A stretch of DNA of 64,000 nt. Origin: Porphyridium purpureum. Its lineage: Eukaryota. The position numbers and the translations under genes are program-made. The notes beneath the pieces are model-generated. The model had not been told where the DNA came from and made no database searches. It saw only the letters and a list, made by a program, of their open reading frames with translations. Of the stretch, positions 43,176 to 55,276 are shown piece after piece (the stretch's first letter is position 1; each line of letters starts with the position of its first letter). Where the stretch lies: the NCBI GenBank assembly GCA_008690995.1, contig VRMN01000012.1, positions 248,001 through 312,000 on the forward strand, read 5' to 3'.

Positions 43176-44981
43176 TTAGGGCCCAGTCAGTGCTTCATCT
43201 TGCCAATCTCCGCTTGCCTCAAGTACTAAGATTGGTGCCGGATCTTGGGCGCTGTACCCTCTCTGTGCAAGCGGCTGCTCCTCGTTGACCTCCACACTTC
43301 CTTCGTATAAGGGCAGAGGCTCCTCTTGCGCGCCAAGCTGGTTCTCCGCTGCGCATAACTCGGTCCCTCGTACGTCTACTGTTCCGGGCTGGTCCATGTA
43401 TTCTCGTCCTTCAGCCATACCTTGCCCAATCTGCATATCTGTGTCTTCGTCCTCCTGAGCATGAGGCGCTTGTGGATCCGTACCTTCTCTCTCATCGTCT
43501 GTCCCGCGCGCCCGCAATTCTTCATCCACCCCGGCTACGTGAGGCATGGTATTCAGAAACGTAATCAGGTGGTCGGGCATGGGTAGTGGCACCCATGTTT
43601 GCCTCACGACTGTCTGCATTGTGTTCAGGTTCAGCAACTTCCAGCTACCGACGCCATTCTCCATGGCGTGTAGTGCGACGCACCCAATCGTTCGTTGGCG
43701 CATCCTGTTGTCCACCTCTGCGGATCGTGCTTGCACGTAGCTCCCAAATGTCGCTCTCAAGTCTGTCTTCACATTAGGTTTCCGCCCGAAAAACACCGTG
43801 TGCGGCGTCTCTCCTGCATCCGAAGCGCCGCTAGGTATCATGTTTATCCTCTGACGGGCATACTCGACGGCCCCCGTTAACATAACCTTCAGCATCTTAT
43901 ACGGCAAGTCGTAGACGATCACACGTACCCTTTCCTTGATCTGTCGGATCGCCCGTACCGCAGCAGGAACTACTTCACCTGCGGCCGTCAGCTCAGTGAC
44001 CACGCCCGCTTCGCCAAGGTCATTCATCAGCGCTTGGACTGCTCCTTCTCTGTCAAATCGCATCTCGGTAATATCGATGCCGCGCGCGTTAACGCTGGCC
44101 TTCATGCTACGAAGCGCCACCCATATTGAGGTGTCCTTGCTCTTGACCGGCTCCACCAACACGTACTGGGAAGGTTTCAAGACCGCGAGCAAAAACGGCG
44201 ATTTGTCAATGAAAAACAGGTCCGCATGCATCTCTTGCGGCCTACGAGGGCCTGGTATGCCGGTCTCCGGCACAAATGGTGTCGTATGTCCCGTGCTTCT
44301 GCCCTTCAACGCTGCTAGAGACGGGCCCCAGATGCGCTCGGCACGGTCTATGTCGTCGACGACTACATCAACATTCGCGAGGTCGCCACGCGCAACGGTT
44401 CGCTTGAAGCTTGCCAGACCTGGATACCCCAGTTTTTGGTGTAAGTCTCTTGCTGCACTGGCACGCCTTACTTCTTGCGTCGTGCATTGTGCTACATTCT
44501 CTCGCACTGTAGCAACTCCACCTCTTCCTTGATTACCAAGACTGGTCACCCACACAAAGGCGTTCTCTGCGCTTTGTACGCTCATACCGCGGCGTGATCC
44601 CCTGAATCTCTTCACCGGTACACGTGCTGCGTAGATTCCCGTATCGTGTCGTCGAAACTCGAGCCATTGGTCCGCACCTGCTCCTAGTGGCCACCGCACG
44701 CAGCACCGATCGTTCTGTGCGTCGTACTGCACGCAATGCCCATCTTGGACCAGCTTACTCGCAAACAAAATGTTTCCTGTCACCCCGGCGTGGTGATACG
44801 CATTCCCAAACGCGGTGCTCCCTTCCCGCTCCACTATTAGGCCTCCCGCAGCTTCATTGATCCCAAATAGGGTGAGTGCCTTAGAAGACTTTTTAATGGA
44901 TCCAGGCGCAAGGAGACTACGTGTGTTGAATATGTGCTCTGAGGAGCATGTGTCAAAGCCCACTAAGCACTTCTCCTTCAA
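43176..44981 (-). pseudogene. Copia protease - integrase segment
   Basis: FDTCSS protease motif. LHQKLGYPG. DDE core with D (HAD) and D (FDREG). The expected third acidic residue is apparently replaced (AAVRAIRQIKER). Confidence 0.85.
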
Positions 44982-45014
44982 GCTCTTCTTTCCACCCTTC
45001 GCCAGGCCGCACCA

Positions 45015-46110
45015 TCATGCACGCGGCTGCATGTTTTCCCGCTCGATTTGCTCAACAAGACCCGGCAGGTGCTCACCTTCTCGCATCCGCTCGTGCGAAA
45101 TGCGCGTCGCGTGCTTGCCATACCGCTCCTTCGCACGCTTCGCCTTCCCGATCTTCACCGCCATCTGCTCATCCCTTGGGCGCTCGTCGCAGTCCCTCAT
45201 CAAGTGATCACCACCACAGTTGTAGCAGGTCCTGTCATCCAAGCGCGTCGCGGCCTCTTCGCGTGGCTCACCAGTCACTGCTGCCCACGTCCGACCGATC
45301 AGCGGCTGCCTCGCGTACCCATATTGCGCGACATAGGATACGACCTCGTCAACAGACGCAAACGTCCGAGCCTCGTTCAGGCATTTCCTCGCGGCCTCAT
45401 CCCAACGCGTGCCTTCCAGGCGTGACATGAAGTCTGCTGCTCGGCGCTGCGTGGTCGGTACCAACTCTCCTACTGCCTCCATCGCTAACAGCGCCGCCTT
45501 GAAGCGGACCTTAAAGCTGAGCAAGGACTCGTCATGTCCGACGCGCAGGGTCTCGTATGCATGTCGCGCATATTGCTGATTACGCGTGTTGTCGTCGTAT
45601 CCACGCGTCAGATGCGTCGCCAGCACGCGCTCTACTAGCGCCAACGGATCATTTGCGGAGGCCGCGAGTGAGTCCCAGCCCTCTTTCTCGGCTAGCGCGT
45701 CCTTTGAGGACCTCGACAACTGCCCGAGTATGAAGCCGAAGCACCGCGCCTTGCGGTCCCCGGATATCGCCTTCCTCCCTCTCGCGCGCTGCGAGCCTGA
45801 CCTTGAGCTCTTCTTTGAGTACAAACGCCTCCAAGGATTCCGTCCCAAACGATGCGGCTTGCTCCTCGGTTAACGCCGGAATCGGCTGTGGCACCGGATA
45901 CCTGCGTACTGCCCCGTCAAGCGTGAAAATCATCGCAAGGTCCCCGTATTCTTTGCGGGCGTATTCTCCTACGACCTCTAACCAAAGAACCACTGCGGCT
46001 GGTGCCACATGCACCCCGTCGTACTCCAAGACGGGCAGTGCATTGACCAAGCCATGGTCTCTCACGTGGGCACTGCGCCCCGGCGCACCCCGCTGCTTCC
46101 CGTCTTTCAT
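45015..46110 (-). pseudogene. Copia gag (frameshifted)
   Basis: ATG at 46110. Overlapping ORFs 45649-46134 and 45015-45848. Contains a CX2CX3HX4C knuckle. Confidence 0.8.
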
Positions 46111-46125
46111 TTTGCTGTCCGCTTG

Positions 46126-46418
46126 TGAAAACAAACAACCCGATTCTTGGTAACTTTACTGCACACAACAACCAACCAACGGGCAAGCGGACAGCAACAC
46201 TCCTTGCCCGTGAGTGTGCTTGCCCGCGCCCTACGCTTCGCCGTGCCAAGCACATTTATATCCGCGCGCCGCCGCTTCGCCTACATCCGCGCGCTTCTGT
46301 TGCATGTGCCCCGCGCGCACCCCACACGGCACACGCTTTTGAAACGCCCACCTCGCGTTCACGCGTACCTATCGCCTTGCCGCACCGTTACACTAGCGGC
46401 TTGCAGTATTCTTCTTCA
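46126..46418 (-). repeat. 5' LTR of the Copia element (293 bp) with a TATAAA box
   Basis: Aligns to 40368-40681. Minus-strand GATATAAATG near 46255-46261. Confidence 0.9.
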
Positions 46419-47001
46419 GTTAGTGGGGATGTGTCATGACTCGCTCCCTCCGCCGTACCCCTCCATGCACTGTACAGCACTGCCCCGCACTGTACCCTAA
46501 CAATCCTTGTCCTTACCGGGCCGCGGTTATTCTTAGGTTCTTAAACAGTCTAACGGTTAGCGTAGGGTAGAGAAGGGTATAAACAGTTAATTTCTATCTC
46601 CACAAACGGTTTACTAGCTTATCTTCTATCATTTTGGCAGAAAATAATTTGAAAGCGAAAATAATTTCTAAGTACTGTGATAGTAAAAATCGTCTGTTTT
46701 CCTATGAAATTTACTTATCGCGTCGCTTCGTGTAAAGTTGAAAACTATTGTCTGCGGAAATGATAGAAGATAATTTGCATATGCCAATCTCCTGTTTTAT
46801 AAGTAAGACGTTACCATCACTCTTTTGGGTTGCGATTAAGCAAGTCAAGCAAGTGCCAAGCATTGAGAGAAAAAAGAGGCGAGTGGGCGAGCCTGTGTGA
46901 GGCGAAGTGCGCCCTTTGTTTTTGTGTTTGAAGCGAATCGCGGTGAGAGTAGACGAAGTCGTGCGAGTCGATTGCTGCGGAAGAGCGAACTGGGCGGCGC
47001 C

Positions 47002-49167
47002 ATGGACTTGAACGAAAGCGCGGCATTGATCAACGCGCTCGTTGAGCAAGAAGAAACCGTCGACAACGACTGGATGCAGGATGCTCAAGAGTATGCGAGA
47101 GCGAGGATAGGCGAAAGTTCGAGGAGAACTTATAAGACGTACTGGAAGCGCCTCTCTGACTTTTTAGTCCAGCATTATGCGAATACTGGCGCTATCAGCC
47201 TTACTGATGAACGAGGCTCTGCTGAGACGCACTTTGGTATCCAAGCCGGCGCATTGACGAAAGAAATGGTTACAAGATTCCTCGTGACTCTCAAGAAGAG
47301 CAAGTCAGGTGCTCCTATCAGCCCTGATGGCCTGGCATCCGCAAAGTCAGCTTTGCGAGCACTATTTGCCGATCAAAAAGTCGCAGTGCCTGTCTTCTTC
47401 AAGACAGAAATCAGCCAGCTGGCGCGCGGAATGAAGAAAAAGAGGTTGCAGGACAAACATAAGGGAAAAGAAAAGGATGACGACGGTAAAATGTACCTGG
47501 CGTACTCTTTGTATGTTTTCCTTTGCTCTTTCTTAATCTCTAACGTCTCCACCCCCGCGCGGGCCGCAGGTCAGAAGGGCAGAGCATCAGGCTCCAGTGA
47601 TACAACAACTGCTCCGTTTACTCACTTGTTCTCCATTCTCTGTTGGAATCTGATGTGCCGAGGAGATAATACGTAAGACATTACATTCAGACACCTTCAT
47701 TGGGCGGGCGATGCTCTTGGTGTCCATTTTACAACGGCCAAAAATGATACGGACGGAGAAGGCCTCGCACGGGAGACAAAACACGTTTATGCAAACCCGA
47801 CCGAACCACGGATCTGCGCAATCCTTTCGCTGGCGATATACTGCGTGAGCGGGCTAACCGCAACCGGCGTCGAACTATTTCCTGGAGGTCATCAAGCCGA
47901 GCGCGTCCGTAAAGGCATGCAAGATGCATTTTAAAGCCCTTCTTGCTCTATCCTTCTTTCGACATTGGGCAGAAAACCGAAGGAGTTTGGATTTCACTCA
48001 TTGCGAAAAGGCGCAGCAATGTACGCGACATGCGGTTCGGTTGGTGGGTCAAGCTTGATATCGATCCTGCGCAGACGAGGCTGGTCAGTTGGGGACACGC
48101 TCCGGAGGAACTTGGGGGCAGACAGCGCTGGTGACCAATTTGTGGGTCGTTGCCGCGCTGGCCTTCCGATAAACAAGGCTACCTTTGCCCTGCTTCCGCC
48201 GCACTTTAAGACTGAGTCTCTGTGTAACCAGTTGATTAGCACGAAGATCAACACTGCCATTCACATGGTCTTTCCGTTTGTCGACCTAGCTGAGTACATG
48301 AACATGCGTGAAGTTCTGCTCATGTGTCTGGCCTCTTTAATATATCATCGAGAGTGGCTACAAAGTGCGCTACCAGCCAACCATCCTCTGAGGCAAAACT
48401 TTGCCATGACTGCACCGGAGATTGCAGAGCTTGCAGACTACGTAGTCAGAACGAGTGAAAGTGGCATGACGGCGACAGGTATCCCGCCTTAGACTGCGAT
48501 CCTTAAGCAGCTTCAAGAGTTGCGTCCAGAAAACTTGTTGGACGGAGTGAAGCGCATTTTAGAGGAATGTGCCGTAAGCGCAGACTGCGCGTACATGGAG
48601 CAGCGGCTCGTCGGTATGGAGCAAAGAATCCAGAGCTCGCTGACCCGCCTTGAGAGCGGCCGTCGCGTGGATGCAGATGAGCGTCGACATGATCGCCCGG
48701 TTAATGCAGAGTCTCTTATGCACTTCTGGAAAGGAAAGTACCGCCTCGTGCCCGAGAAATGGCCCGGCTTGCCCACTGTCTCGCCGGCAGCAGGTTGGCA
48801 ACCCTGGTGGGAAGGATATGAACACAAGTTCTAAGAAACAGAGTCCGTACGCATTCCAGCCTTCCGGCTGTTGAAAGCATCTGACCTCGCGACCAGGTCC
48901 GGTCAGTGCGCACTGACTGAGTGGCGCAATTTGATGACGTATTACACGAATAAGGTACGCATCTTGGAGCCTGCGATTGATCACACACACCCAAGCTTAG
49001 CCGACATCCAAAATATGTGGAAGGCTCTTGAAAAGCACGGCATTGCGCCAAAATCTGCTGAAAAGATGACGCAGCGCACAATTCGTGCGTCGAATCGTAC
49101 AGTCCTAACCACTGCAAAAGTCATTCGAAAGCGGAGGCGCGCTGAAAATGCATCCGCACTGCCTTAA
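47002..49167 (+). mobile_element. Crypton-like tyrosine-recombinase transposon ORF, inactivated by in-frame stops
   Basis: A single frame reads SRRTYKTYW..., CWNLMCR (catalytic R), KND..G, KHVYANP..P.IC, FGFHSLRKG (HxxR), RRRGWSVG, AGDQFVGR, TGIPP. Stops at 47674, 47932, 48490 and 48832. Element ends were not resolved. Confidence 0.75.
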
Positions 49168-49291
49168 CAGGCTCGCACAGCGCCTGGTGCGTGAATCAAA
49201 GGAAAACGTTTAGAATAAAGCTACGTTGCGCGTTGATCACTTGACTCGAACTGCATACGTTCCTCTGTGAGACAATTGTGAAACCATCATC

Positions 49292-49496
49292 CCCCACTCC
49301 CTTCCCTCCCTCCCTCCCTCCCTCCCTCCTCCTCCTCCCCCTCCCTCCCTCCCTCCCTCCCCTCCTTCCCCTCCTCCTCCTCCCTCCCTCCCCCTCCCTC
49401 CCTCCTCCTCCCTCCTCCCTCCCCTCCTTCCTCCCTCCTCCCTCCCTCCCTCCCTCCTCCTTCCCCTTCCTCCCCTCCCTCCCCTTGCCCCCCCCA
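49292..49496. repeat. C-rich polypyrimidine tract (CCT/CCCT units)
   Basis: About 200 bp of almost only C/T. Confidence 0.95.
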
Positions 49497-51369
49497 ATTC
49501 CTTCTCGTCGTGCCTTGAAACACACACAAGCCCGATATCGTGAAAACATACCATTTTTACCATATCTTTATCGTCTGTCATTTTGATAGACAATAGTGAT
49601 GGATAATTGTATTTATGTTATGCTGTGTGCGCGAGCTAGGTAAACCGTATCCAGACAAAACTAGTCAGAGACGTGACAGCATGGGAGAATCGTACAAGCA
49701 TGACATCTCAGAAACGTCTGCGGCGGCTGCGATAGTTTAAGTTAGGCGAAGAGTGTTTGTCGTGAGTGGTAATAAAGGTTGGAGCGTCGACAAGCGGGTG
49801 AAGAGTATGTCGTCGAGGGGACCTACCGGGTGCGTTAGAGTCACGGCTCTATAACAATTTAAGACCGCCGTCGCGGCGATTTAGTAAGAGTAAAGGGAGG
49901 GCCGATGGGGCCAGCAGGATTGAGGTAGTGGTTCTCTGTGCGGCCGGGCTAGCGGAGGAGGGGAGTGAGTGGGCCATTCGGGACCACATCACGGCATGTT
50001 CTACTTACTCAGTCTATCGATCCCAGCTTACCATCACGGCCGTTTACAGACGGGTCTTAGCGCTAAAAAAACAACCCTCTCCGGGAAAAAAGCCTCACCA
50101 GAGTTCGCCGCCGCTAATCGCTTCCACCGCAACCCTCCAGCGCGCCGCTTCGATTCCGGCGGCGGCCCCACCCACGGAAGCCGACACCCTGCCAGGCTAC
50201 ACGCGTTTGCGCCTGGCCACGCCGGCGCTTGTACCATCATGCTCTTCTGCAGCCCACCTCGAGCTGTCTTGCAACAAAGTGAGACATGAACGGACACGAC
50301 TTTTTCTGTGAGAAATTTGCCCACGGAATGGCAAGGGTCGCGGCGACCGGTTGAACGGCGCGGAATAATTCGGTCGAGTTCGTGCCAATATGTGGCTCAA
50401 CGACCAGACGAACGACCAAAGGCACGGTTTGGAACGTGAAGGGGCACAGAGAGCGCGACCCCTCAGTTTTCGGAGACGGCGCGCTCACTGCCTATAAAAG
50501 GGCGACGGATTTTTGCCTCCGGGTTTTTGCCGACGTCCTAATTCTTTCTTTCTTTTAAGGGTTTTATAAGATAAAGTGATTGTTTGAAGCAATTTTGCGG
50601 GAGCCATTGCGATCTGCTCCTGCACGCGCCTTGTCCATTACGATCGACACGGCGCACAAAGTTGTGGCCAGCCCTTCGGCCATTCGCGAGAGGAAAGAGG
50701 CGGTTTTAAACCGTTTAAACCGGTTCTTTCGACTTTTTCCACACCTTATGTTTGGCGGACACGCCGCAGCCGCGTCGTGCGTGTCCATCGGCTGCATCGG
50801 CTGCACCCACTGTACAGGCCACACGCGCTGTACCCCCTTCCGATGTTTTCTGATGTTTTGGGGGTGTTTTGCTATGGGGTCAAGCGCGCCCCCGCTAAAA
50901 CACGGTGCGTGCTCATTTTTGAATCCGACCGATCTTGCGGAGCGCGGAGGATCGGCAGGCTGGGGAGGATGTTCCGACGATTTCTGTAGTCCAGCTGGCG
51001 CAGTTTGGTACATGTTGAGCTCTCTCGGCACCACCCCTTATTTCCGTCCATCTGTGCTCCACGCCCGGGCCTGCTGCGATGCCGCCCAGTGGCGTCGCGG
51101 AGAAGAGCGAGCACACTTGCGTAGACCAATGCGCGTGTGCGCGTGTGATGGGCTGGGCCGCGAGGGTTTGGTGGACGGCGAGGTGCGGTGAAGGCGTGAT
51201 ACAGAAGAACACGCGCACGACGCTCAGGTGAACGCACACGGGCTTGCGTGCGCGGTCTTGGTGGAAGAGGTCAAGCAGCTCACTTCTTCCGCTGCGCTGA
51301 AGGGTGTTCCCGCATAGGCGCACGTCGCGGCTGAGCTTGGTGGACACGCAAAAATACCTCAAGATCGAG

Positions 51370-52983
51370 ATGGCGCGCGCGGCTCCGTGGGCGTGGACAT
51401 TCGCCATCGCGCTGCTTGCCGCACTCTGCTCGTGGCACCATGTGGCAGCAGAGTTCTGCCAACTGGTCGAGCTGAGCGATCCGTGCTTGGCGGCCGGGAG
51501 CATGGGCTTGATTCCGGACTCCGCAGGGGCGTTCACATGCCAGGCCGTCCCCGCGACGTGCCTCAGAGAGTTCCCAGACTGTGAGCCGACGCCCTGCCAG
51601 GGATACGTCGAAACTGAGGAACCCCGGATGGTGCTCGATTACGAGGATGTTTCGGAGGTATCGTTGGAGTTTACCGCTCTGCCCGTGGACGTTGTGGTCG
51701 ATTATGGCGATGGAACATTGACGGCGTACGCGAGCATGGGGACATTTGATCACACGTACAGCGTTCAGGGCAACTATCGCGTCTTGATCTCGGGAAATCT
51801 GGGCGGTATCAGGTTCTTCGAAGGCCTTAGTAATGTGGTTTCGTGGGGCGAACTTGGCCTGACCACGTTGAGGAATGCTTTTTTTCAAGTACCTGTGCAG
51901 AGTGTCCCCGTCGACCTACCGCCGACGGTCACGGATCTGACGCGTACGTTTCTTTTTTCAAGTTTCAACGGAGAAATTGGAACGTGGGACGTCAGCCGTG
52001 TGACAAGAATGGTCTCCACTTTTACCGGCGCCGCTTCTTTCAACCAGGACATCTCTGATTGGGACGTCAGCAATGTGACAAGCATGTTCGGCATGTTTAA
52101 CGGTGCCTCTTCTTTTGACCAGGATATTTCTGATTGGGACGTTAGCAGTGTGACAGACATGACCTCCATGTTTGACAGTGCCGGTTCTTTCAACCAGGAT
52201 ATTTCCGGCTGGAACGTCAGCAGTGTGACAATCATGGATTCCATGTTCGACCGTGCCGCTTCTTTCAACCAGGATATCTCTGGTTGGGACGTCAGCGGTG
52301 TGACAGACATGACCGACATGTTTTTCAACGCCTCTTCCTTCAACCAGGATATTTCTGAATGGGACGTCAGCAGTGTGACAACCATGGTTGGCATGTTTAG
52401 TCGCGCCTCTTCCTTTAACCAGAATATCTCTGGTTGGGACGTCAGCGGTGTGACAACCATGAGCGGCATGTTCTTCAACGCCTCTTCCTTCAACCAGGAT
52501 ATTTCTGAATGGGACGTCAGCAGTGTGACAAACATGGCTGGCATGTTTAGTCGCGCCTCTTCCTTCAACCAGAATATCTCTGGTTGGGACGTCAGCAGTG
52601 TAACAAACATGGGTTCCATGTTCAGTCGCGCCGAGTCTTTTGACCAGGATGTTTCTGCTTGGGACGTCAGCAGTGTGACAAGCATGACTTTTATGTTTAG
52701 CAGCGCCTCTTCTTTCAACCAGGATATTTCCGATTGGAACGTCAGCAGTGTGAAAACCATGGCCGACATGTTTAGTCGCGCCGCTTCTTTTAACCAGGAT
52801 ATTTCCGGTTGGGACGTCAGCAGTGTGACCGACATGCTCTTCATGTTTAGCCGTGCCTCTTCTTTTAATCAGGACCTCTCGGATTGGGATGTAGGAAGTG
52901 TGGTGGTTTGCGGTTTCTTCAATTTCGATTCTCCGCTGACGTGCGAATTTTCCGCCGGGTGTGCGACGTTCACGTGCGCATGA
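51370..52983 (+). CDS. Secreted DUF285 / BspA-like repeat surface protein with a PKD-like N-terminal module
   Basis: Signal peptide ([17 protein letters not shown]). Cys-rich cap. PKD-like VDYGDGT...HTYS..GNY.V. Thirteen 25-aa repeats FNQDISxWDVSxVTxMxxMFxxA. ATG at 51370. Confidence 0.9.
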   Translation: MARAAPWAWTFAIALLAALCSWHHVAAEFCQLVELSDPCLAAGSMGLIPDSAGAFTCQAVPATCLREFPDCEPTPCQGYVETEEPRMVLDYEDVSEVSLEFTALPVDVVVDYGDGTLTAYASMGTFDHTYSVQGNYRVLISGNLGGIRFFEGLSNVVSWGELGLTTLRNAFFQVPVQSVPVDLPPTVTDLTRTFLFSSFNGEIGTWDVSRVTRMVSTFTGAASFNQDISDWDVSNVTSMFGMFNGASSFDQDISDWDVSSVTDMTSMFDSAGSFNQDISGWNVSSVTIMDSMFDRAASFNQDISGWDVSGVTDMTDMFFNASSFNQDISEWDVSSVTTMVGMFSRASSFNQNISGWDVSGVTTMSGMFFNASSFNQDISEWDVSSVTNMAGMFSRASSFNQNISGWDVSSVTNMGSMFSRAESFDQDVSAWDVSSVTSMTFMFSSASSFNQDISDWNVSSVKTMADMFSRAASFNQDISGWDVSSVTDMLFMFSRASSFNQDLSDWDVGSVVVCGFFNFDSPLTCEFSAGCATFTCA

Positions 52984-53670
52984 GCGCGCGTCGACAGGCC
53001 GGCCCCATGTCGACGTAATGAGCTGAAGACAGTTCGCGAAGGGGCTTTCGTCCATGAATGTTGAGTGGTAGTGTACTTTTCTTTCTGTGCGTGCTCCAGA
53101 GTCCACATTAAAGATGCGTATGGTTTCCGAGCTAACAAGCGCGCAGCAAGTGGGTCGCGCCCGGCAGGAATGCCGAGCTGGCAGGCTCCTGCTGTCTTTC
53201 CATTGACACCCACTCGTGTCACTGTGTCACTTCGGAGGGAACACATGAGGGAGCGAGAAGACGGAATGGCGCAAGGAGGCAGGAAAGTCCATGCAGAAGC
53301 TGAGGTGGTGTGCTTTAATGCGTCGCGTGATTAAAGCAAAAGGGGGTCACGAAGACAAGCGACCCCCGAGACGAAGACAATAGCGCACGCGAGAATGGTA
53401 ACTCATCGTAAACCAGCCGCGGCGAGTCTCGGGGCAAACCGCCGAATCGAGATTGTCGCAGTGCACAGATGAAGGGGACGGTAGCAGTCAAGGCGGCGCG
53501 CCTGTATATCCGCAAGGTCGCGCTTCGTTCCGTGGACGCGGAAGCGGCCGACTCGGGCCAGAGTCCAGCCCAATGGTATCCGGTGCGGCGCATGATGCGG
53601 ACGTTGCACGAGAGTAGTACGCACATTCAAATCCCGTGGCGGACCACCCGGCCTGGCTATTGCCTCCTCG

Positions 53671-55074
53671 GTGGAAGTCGAGGCGCCAGTTGCACGACAA
53701 ATCAGTTTGCTCAGGTGCGCGGAAACGCCGCGCAGTGGATGGATGGCTACGCTTGACCAGCGCCGAGGCTGCTGCAGGGTTTTGACGAGCGGCGCTCTGT
53801 ACACGCACAAAAATGGAGAGATGCGGGTGCAGCGGAACAGGCGGCGCACCGCTCGATGGTGGTTCTTTTCGTTTAGCTAAAGAAGAAAAGAGGCTCACGC
53901 CAGTACGATGGAGGCCGGGACGGTGAGTGTGTTGCGCGCGCGGGAAGGAATCAGGTATTCATTCTCGCCGACGGCAGCGCAACCATGCTGTGATCTTTTT
54001 CAAACCCGAGGTTTGGTTGGCACAGACACGCAATGCAAGGCGTTGCAGCCGCATGTGTCAGAACATGTGTCTGCGCATGACGCCGCTGTGGCCGGCCTGT
54101 TCCGTTGCTTGGTAGACGAAAGCCATCGAGACACGGCCAGGATCATGCAGCTGCATGCAAGCCGCGCCTCGAGCGCCACGGACTCGTGTGACGATGCCTC
54201 ACAAGTACCGCGACCAGGTCCGAGCAGCACGGAGCAATATTCCGAGGATCAGATCTAGCAGCGTCATTTCATTCTTTGCACGGCGGTGCCCCAGGTCGCG
54301 CATCTTGCCATCATCCGGTTCCGAGACGCGCGCTGCGGCGGCTTTACATCTTTTCGCCATCGAGCCATGCGACACAGCGAGCGTCAAAACCGATGTGTCA
54401 TTGCTGAGCGACGCGCGAGCGCCGAAACGCCGCACATTGTCAGAGCTCATGTGGAAAAGACAACGTACAGCGTGTCTGACTGGATGGCCGCGCAATGGAT
54501 GCCGCGCCATCCCAGTGACCGAGCTCAAAGGTGCTCGAGTGACCCCGCTGGCTTGGGTGCCAGCAGCGCCAATGGGAAACGTATGTATGCTTAGCATCAA
54601 GGCCTTGCGCGTGGTGTGGACCTGCAAAGCCCAGCCAACAAAGGCAGCGCGCGAGTCACAACTACGCGGGTGAGTGATTCCGAGGCACCACACTGCGCGC
54701 TTTGCAACGACAAGCTGGACAAGTATGGCGGCGCTGTGGAGCCGTTTTCACGCGGCTCTTTTGCACAGTATTAGCGGGTGCGTCGGTGAGTGCAACGTGC
54801 GAAGGTACGAAGGACGGCGGACGTCGCTGAGGATTTGGACTGGACCAAACCGGAACAGATGGCGACGAAGATCATGTGCGCCAAGGAGAAGGTGGGTACG
54901 AGAGACAAGGCACGCACGCATGTGCTCCCGTTTACCATAGGCTTCGGATTGAAATTCGCGGTGTTTGTGCACTTGCGTGTGCGTGCGTATGTCTCTCCGA
55001 TCATATCTGAGGAACGGTGCAAATGCCCTCGAGTGGCCAATTTTGATCTGCTGAACTGGACAGAATTGTGGTAG
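53671..55074 (+). pseudogene. Possible decayed gene of unknown family
   Basis: ORFs at 53671, 53908, 54286 and 54790 all lie in one frame, separated by stops. No recognisable domain. Confidence 0.3.
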
Positions 55075-55276
55075 CTCTGCAACTATGAGCGTCACTATTC
55101 GTTCCACGTTGATCTGCGCAGACGTGCTGCGGTCTGCATCAGAGGAAGACGTGGGCCACCATGACAAAGGCAGCACAGGGTTGCCATGCAATGTACGAGC
55201 AGCATTTCTGCATGCTTGGCGTCGATGTCATGTGCCTCATAGCTGGAACGGCTTGTTTCCATTCCTGCCTTCCTCC

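Larger units (their letters stand above)
40368..46418 (-). mobile_element. Ty1/Copia LTR retrotransposon, degenerate
   Basis: Two LTRs (TGAA...TTCA). Domain order is gag zinc knuckle (CYNCGGDHLMRDC), protease (VGFDTCSSEH), integrase (HADLFF, RFDREG), RT (KARMVAGG, DFPGAFLN, ALYG, LYVDDM), RNase H (YIDASFA, SSTEAE, QDN, ADALTKPL). Frameshifts and stops are present. Confidence 0.95.

Noticed and set aside
49196..49593. G/R/E-rich and P/L/S-rich ORFs
   Set aside because: Translation of the C-rich simple repeat.
46419..49960. Terminal repeats of the Crypton-like element
   Set aside because: Only short partial matches (TGTCATG-like) were found, and the boundaries could not be defined.
51950..52890. 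75-bp repeats with variable segments as CRISPR or a DGR template
   Set aside because: These are coding DUF285 repeats. The only RT nearby is Copia-type, and no TR/VR pair was seen.
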